From NCBI RefSeq assembly GCF_009914755.1, contig NC_060947.1: a stretch of 64,000 nucleotides of DNA; one strand, 5' to 3'. The notes beneath the pieces are model-generated. The model was not told where the DNA came from and searched no databases. It was given only the letters and a program-made list of their open reading frames with translations. Source of the DNA: the human T2T-CHM13v2.0 reference genome, Homo sapiens. The translations under genes were made by a program, and so were the position numbers. Of the stretch, positions 57,667-64,000 are shown one piece after another (within the stretch, counting starts at the first letter, position 1; every line of letters starts with the position of its first letter).

Positions 57667-59010
57667 AGGATGTGAACATCTTTGGGGACATTATTCTGTC
57701 CCCCACATGGGGATTAGGACGTGGACATCTTTGGGGACATTATTCTGTCTATCACATGGGGATTAGGACGTGGACATCTTTGGGGACATTATTCTGTCTC
57801 CCACATGGGGATTAGGACGTGGACATCTTTGGGGACATTATTCTGTCTATCACATGGGGATTAGGACGTGGACATCTTTGGGGATATTATTCTGTCTATC
57901 ACATGGGGATTAGGACGTGGACATCTTTGGGGACATTATTCTGTCTCCCACATGGGGATTAGGACGTGGACATCTTTGGGGACATTATTCTGTCTATCAC
58001 ATGGGGATTAGGACGTGGACATCTTTGGGGCCATTATTCTGTCTATCACATGGGGATTAGGACGTGGACATCTTTGGGGCCATTATTCTGTCTATCACAT
58101 GGGGATTAGGACGTGGACATCTTTGGGGACATTATTCTGTCTATCACATGGGGATTACGACGTGGACATCTTTGGGGACATTATTCTGTCTATCACATGG
58201 GGATTACGACGTGGACATCTTTGGGGACATTATTCTGTCTATCACATGGGGATTAGGACGTGGACATCTTTGGGGACATTATTCTGTCTATCACATGGGG
58301 ATTAGGACGTGGACATCTTTGGGGACATTATTCTGTCTCCCACATGGGGATTAGGACGTGGACATCTTTGGGGCCATTATTCTGTCTATCACATGGGGAT
58401 TAGGACGTGGACATCTTTGGGGCCATTATTCTGTCTATCACATGGGGATTAGGACGTGGACATCTTTGGGGACATTATTCTGTCTATCACATGGGGATTA
58501 GGACGTGGACATCTTTGGGGACATTATTCTGTCTATCACATGGGGATTAGGACGTGGACATCTTTGGGGACATTATTCTGTCTCCCACATGGGGATTAGG
58601 ACATGGACATCTTGGGGACATTATTCTGTCTATCACATGGGGATTAGGACGTGGACATCTTTGGGGCCATTATTCTGTCTCCCACATGGGGATTAGGACG
58701 TGGACATCTTTGGGGACATTATTCTGTCTATCACATGGGGATTAGGACGTGGACATCTTTGGGGACATTATTCTGTCTATCACATGGGGATTAGGACGTG
58801 GACATCTTTGGGGCCATTATTCTGTCTCCCACATGGGGATTAGGACGTGGACATCTTTGGGGCCATTATTCTGTCTATCACATGGGGATTAGGACGTGGA
58901 CATCTTTGGGGCCATTATTCTGTCTCCCACATGGGGATCAGGACGTGGACATCTTTGGGGCCATTATTCTGTCTATCACATGGGGATCAGGACGTGGACA
59001 TCTTTGGGAG
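57667..59010. repeat. 49-bp minisatellite, ~27 copies, resembling an MLT1 LTR terminus
   Basis: ggacgtggacatctttgggg(a/c)cattattctgtct(at/cc)cacatggggatta. Confidence 0.97.
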
Positions 59011-59740
59011 TGACATTATTTATCCCTCCACCATTCACTCTGTCCCAGGATCCATTCCATCCTCCCCTGACTTCCCTTTCTTGTGAGCGTGGCTGAGGCA
59101 AAATCTGCCCCTCTCCCAAGACTGCAGGCTGCACCTGCCCCGACTCCGCATTTCTCTTCCTCTTACGTACGCCCCTTCAATGCCATTCCTCTGTCTCACT
59201 TCACGTCTGTTCAGTGCTTTCAGGAGAGAATTCACCGGGGGGATCACCTCTGAACAACGCCATTCACCAGCTCTCTGGGGCCTGCGAGTCTCTGCCTTCA
59301 TCCTCACGGTCTACGAGGCAACGTGATCCTGCTTTTTTATTATTCCTGGGTGGACGCTAACCGCCTCCTGGTTTCCTGGGGCCCAGCAACGTCCACACTG
59401 GCCCTCCTGGCTTCTTTGTCTAGATTCCCTTCTTGAACTTCAATGTGAAGCGTTTGCGTACCTGCCACCAGCCTTCCTCCCACGTTCCAAAGCCCGGTCA
59501 GCTTTCTCACAGCGGAACTCAAACACCAGAGGCTTATCTTCACCAGTGCTGCAAAAACAGCCTTTCCCAACGGGCCTTCTCTTTCATGTCGAGCCCGTTC
59601 CTCCTCTTCCCTCCCTCCTGTGGGCAGCGGCGGCTGCGTTTCTGAGCAACTGGCTTCATGGGGGCGGAAAGACACAGAAGATGCTTCTGCAGGGGGACGG
59701 TTTCTGAAGCCCACATGACCAGTGGGGCAGCCGGGGCGGG

Positions 59741-60831
<1,091 letters not shown>

Positions 60832-61027
60832 CAGAACATTCTTTTAAATGACAGTGGTGAAGAGCCAAAAAATAATAATAATAATTCTTTTTGTAGTAGT
60901 AGATTCAGTTCTAAAGCAAACTTCTTTAAAGACTGGGTGCAAAGCTACCTTTACACACAGAGAGAAACTTCACCCGGAGACAGGATTGCTAGTTGCTGAG
61001 ATGTACTCAGATCAAACTAAGCTGGAG

Positions 61028-61246
61028 AGGGGCTCTTGGCCTCAGCACTGCTGACATTTGCGGCTGGAAGATTCTTTGCTGTGGGGCCATCCTGGGCACT
61101 GGAGGGTGTTGAGCAGTGTCCCTGGGCTGCACCCACCAGGTTCCAAAACCACCCACTCCCCAGTGAGGGCAACAAAAAATGAAAAATGACCGTAAATACT
61201 GCCCGATGGCACCTTAGAGCAGAATTATCTGCAGTTGGGAGTCAGT
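61028..61246 (-). mobile_element. MER20 (hAT-Charlie) DNA transposon
   Basis: cctcagcactgctgacattt..ggctgga.gattctttgctgtggggccatcctgggcactg. Confidence 0.8.
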
Positions 61247-61250
61247 ATCA

Positions 61251-61630
<380 letters not shown>

Positions 61631-61667
61631 GTAAAGAAAAATGGATGCATAGGTAGAAAAATACAAA

Positions 61668-61707
61668 AAATAGATGATAGATAGATAGCTAGATAGATGA
61701 TGGAGAT

Positions 61708-61738
<31 letters not shown>

Positions 61739-61930
61739 TAGAAAAATAGAGAAATGGATAATAGATGGATACGGAATAGATGGATAGAGATAGATACATA
61801 GATAGATGACAGATACATAAATAGATGATAGGTGATGGATAGATCGATAGAGATAGATGATACAAAGATAGAAAAATAGATGGATAGAGATAGATAGAAA
61901 AAAATAGATACATGATAGATAGATAAATAA
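61668..61930. repeat. (GATA)n degenerate array
   Basis: gatagatagatag runs. Confidence 0.9.
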
Positions 61931-61949
61931 ATGACAGAAAAATAAACAG

Positions 61950-62272
61950 GGACTGGGCGTGGTGGCTCACACCTGCAATCCCAGAACTTTGGGAGGCTGA
62001 GGCGGGCGGATCACCCGAGGTCAGGAGTTTGAGACCAGCCTGGCCAACATGGTGAAACCCCATCTCTACTAAAAATACAAAAATCAGCCGGGCGTGGTGG
62101 TGCACACCTACAATCCCAGCTACTCGGGCATGGTGGTGCACACCTACAGTCCCAGCTACTTGGGAGACAGAGGCAGGAGAATCACTTTAACCTGGAAGAA
62201 GGAGGTTGCAGTGAGCTGAGATCGTGCCATTGCGCTCCAGCCTGGAAGATGAGAGTGAAACTCCATCAAAGA
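61950..62272 (+). mobile_element. AluS with small internal duplication in the right arm
   Basis: ggtggtgcacacctaca.tcccagctact occurs twice. Confidence 0.92.
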
Positions 62273-62630
62273 AAGGAAGAAAGAAAGAGAAAGAAAGGAA
62301 AAGAAAGAAAGAGAGAGAAAGGAAAGGAAGGAAGGATGGAAGGAAGGGCAAGAAAGAGAGAGAGAAATAAAGAAAGAAAGAAAAGAGAGAAAGGAAAGGA
62401 AGGAAGGATGGAAGGAAGGGAAAGAAAGAGAGAGAGAAAGAAAGAAAGAAGAAGGAGAAAGAAAGAAGAGAGAGGAAAGGAAGGAAGGATGGAAGGAAGG
62501 GAAAGAAAGAGAAAGAAAGAAAGAAAGAGAAAAAGAAAGAGAAAGAAAGAGAAAAAGAAGAAAGAAAGAAAAAAGAAAGAAAGAGAGAAAGAAAGAAAGA
62601 AAGAAAGAAAAGAAAAGAAAAAGAAAAATA
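62270..62630. repeat. GAAA/GGAA polypurine tract
   Basis: ggaaggaaggatggaaggaaggg landmark x3. Confidence 0.93.
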
Positions 62631-62659
62631 GGGAGACAGATGCAGAGACGGAGTGTCTT

Positions 62660-62880
62660 GTGTCTGAGCCTCAGCACTGCTGACATTTAGGGCTGGATGA
62701 CTGACTCTGTGATGGGGCCGTCCTGTGCCCTGTAGGATGCTGAGGAGCATCTCTGGGCTCGCCCACCGGGCCCCAGGAGCACCCCCTATCCCAGTTCTGA
62801 CAACTAAAGGTAATTTCCAGACAGTGCTCAGTGTCCTCTGCGGGTGCAGAATCGCCCCTGGCTGAGGACCTCTCACCACT
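62660..62880 (-). mobile_element. MER20 DNA transposon
   Basis: gcctcagcactgctgacatttagggctggat...tcctgtgccctgtaggatgct...tccagaca...atcgcccctggctgag. Confidence 0.8.
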
Positions 62881-62961
62881 GATGTCTCCCTGACTCTGAG
62901 AGTTTTACCCATGGGTGATGATACTTTGGAACTCAGAATATCCTGTAGCCATTTATGTCCC

Positions 62962-63343
62962 AGGGAGAGAGAGGAAGAGAGAGGAGAAAGCGGAAGAGAG
63001 ACGAGAGAGAGAGAGAGAGAGAGAAGAGAGAGAAAAGATAGAAAGAGAAAGGAGAGAGAGAGAGAGAGGACAGAGAAAGAGGAGAGAGAGAGAGGAGAGA
63101 GAAACAGAGAGGAGAGAGGACAGAGAGAAGAGAGAGGAGAGAGAAAAAGAGAGGACACAGAAAGAGGAGAGAGAAAGAGAGAGGAGAGAGAGAAAAGAGG
63201 GAAAGAGGAGAGAGAGAAAAGAGGGAAAGAGGAGGGAGAGAGAGGACAGAGAAAGAGGAGAGACACAGGAGAGAGAAAGAAAGAGAAGAGAGAGAGGAGA
63301 GAGGGAAAGAGAGAGAGATAGAGAGGAGACAGAGAGAGAGAGC
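62962..63343. repeat. (GA)-rich polypurine tract
   Basis: gagagagaggagagag... Confidence 0.95.
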
Positions 63344-64000
63344 AAGACCCACCTCTTTCTCTGTTTCTGAAATCAGGATTTTGCACCCGGAAAAGAGCAC
63401 ATTGAGGCCGGCCTTCCAGTTGCGGTGGGGCTGAGCCCGTGTCTGCAACCCAGATGCCATTTGGGAAATCATGGTTTTCTCCTGCACAGGGTCCATAGGC
63501 CCGGGGGGCAAATTTCCCACTTAACAGACGGTCCTTCTAGCAGGGTTGGTACAGAAGCTTCCCTTTCACTAACATCTTCCAACCTTCCTTCTAAAAAAAA
63601 AAAAAAAAAAGTAGGGGGAGAGGGGGAGGTAACCACAGAACAGTTCTTTTATTTATTTTCCCCAAAACAATCAACTATTTAGCCAGCGCGTCCCTGGCTT
63701 CTCACCTTGGTGGTCAGGTCATTAATTATGAGCCCAGGTCGCCGCTAAAGACCTTTCCTGGCTGGTCCTGCCTCGGTGCACACAGCAGCAATAGCTGGGG
63801 CTTGTCAGGGCCTCCGCAGACCCCCAGGAGCTGGGGTGAGGGAAAGTGAGTCCTAAAAGGGCCACTGTGCCTGGAAGGACGAAGGAGGGAGCTGGGAGGA
63901 GGGAGGGAGGGAGACCGTGGTCTCTCTCCAGCCTCTGGAGGCCGTGCCAACTGGGGCTGACGGAGAGGGTGCATTTCACCCTGGCAATGCCTCCACTTTT

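Noticed and set aside
59020-59740. Possible CpG island or exon
   Set aside because: Only moderate CpG density, similar to the regional background; the ORFs are short with no recognisable protein.

Overview
Primate (human-like) non-coding DNA with no supportable protein-coding gene, RNA gene or CRISPR array; every long ORF in the track comes from an Alu or a low-complexity/tandem repeat. The window is very Alu-dense (roughly 60 full or partial elements). It also holds older TE relics (L1M, MLT1, MLT2, LTR8-like, MER21-like, THE1/MST ends, MER20, Tigger1, MIR) and many tandem repeats: 40-, 36-, 49- and ~115-bp units, a compound Alu-end+(CA)n unit, and GA-, GGA-, TCTA-, TG- and CA-rich arrays. 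MLT1-derived STIR-like repeats, GC-shifted Alus and the minisatellite load suggest the X/Y pseudoautosomal region PAR1, possibly the gene desert near SHOX; this is an inference and was not mapped. Short repeat-free islands rich in homeodomain/TALE/TCF/POU motifs look like developmental enhancers. The strongest unexplained signal is post-insertion remodelling of TEs: (i) one shared TGTAAT->TGTCAT change in more than 25 Alu arms of different subfamilies, (ii) Alus with 2-5 tandem left arms, (iii) inverted Alu fusion/fold-back junctions, (iv) tandem duplication through target-site duplications, (v) minisatellites visibly born from TE ends and from a hexamer microsatellite, and (vi) a ~3.7-kb inverted-repeat structure. 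Coordinates are read by eye (+/- ~10 bp) and TE family names come from recalled consensus sequences.
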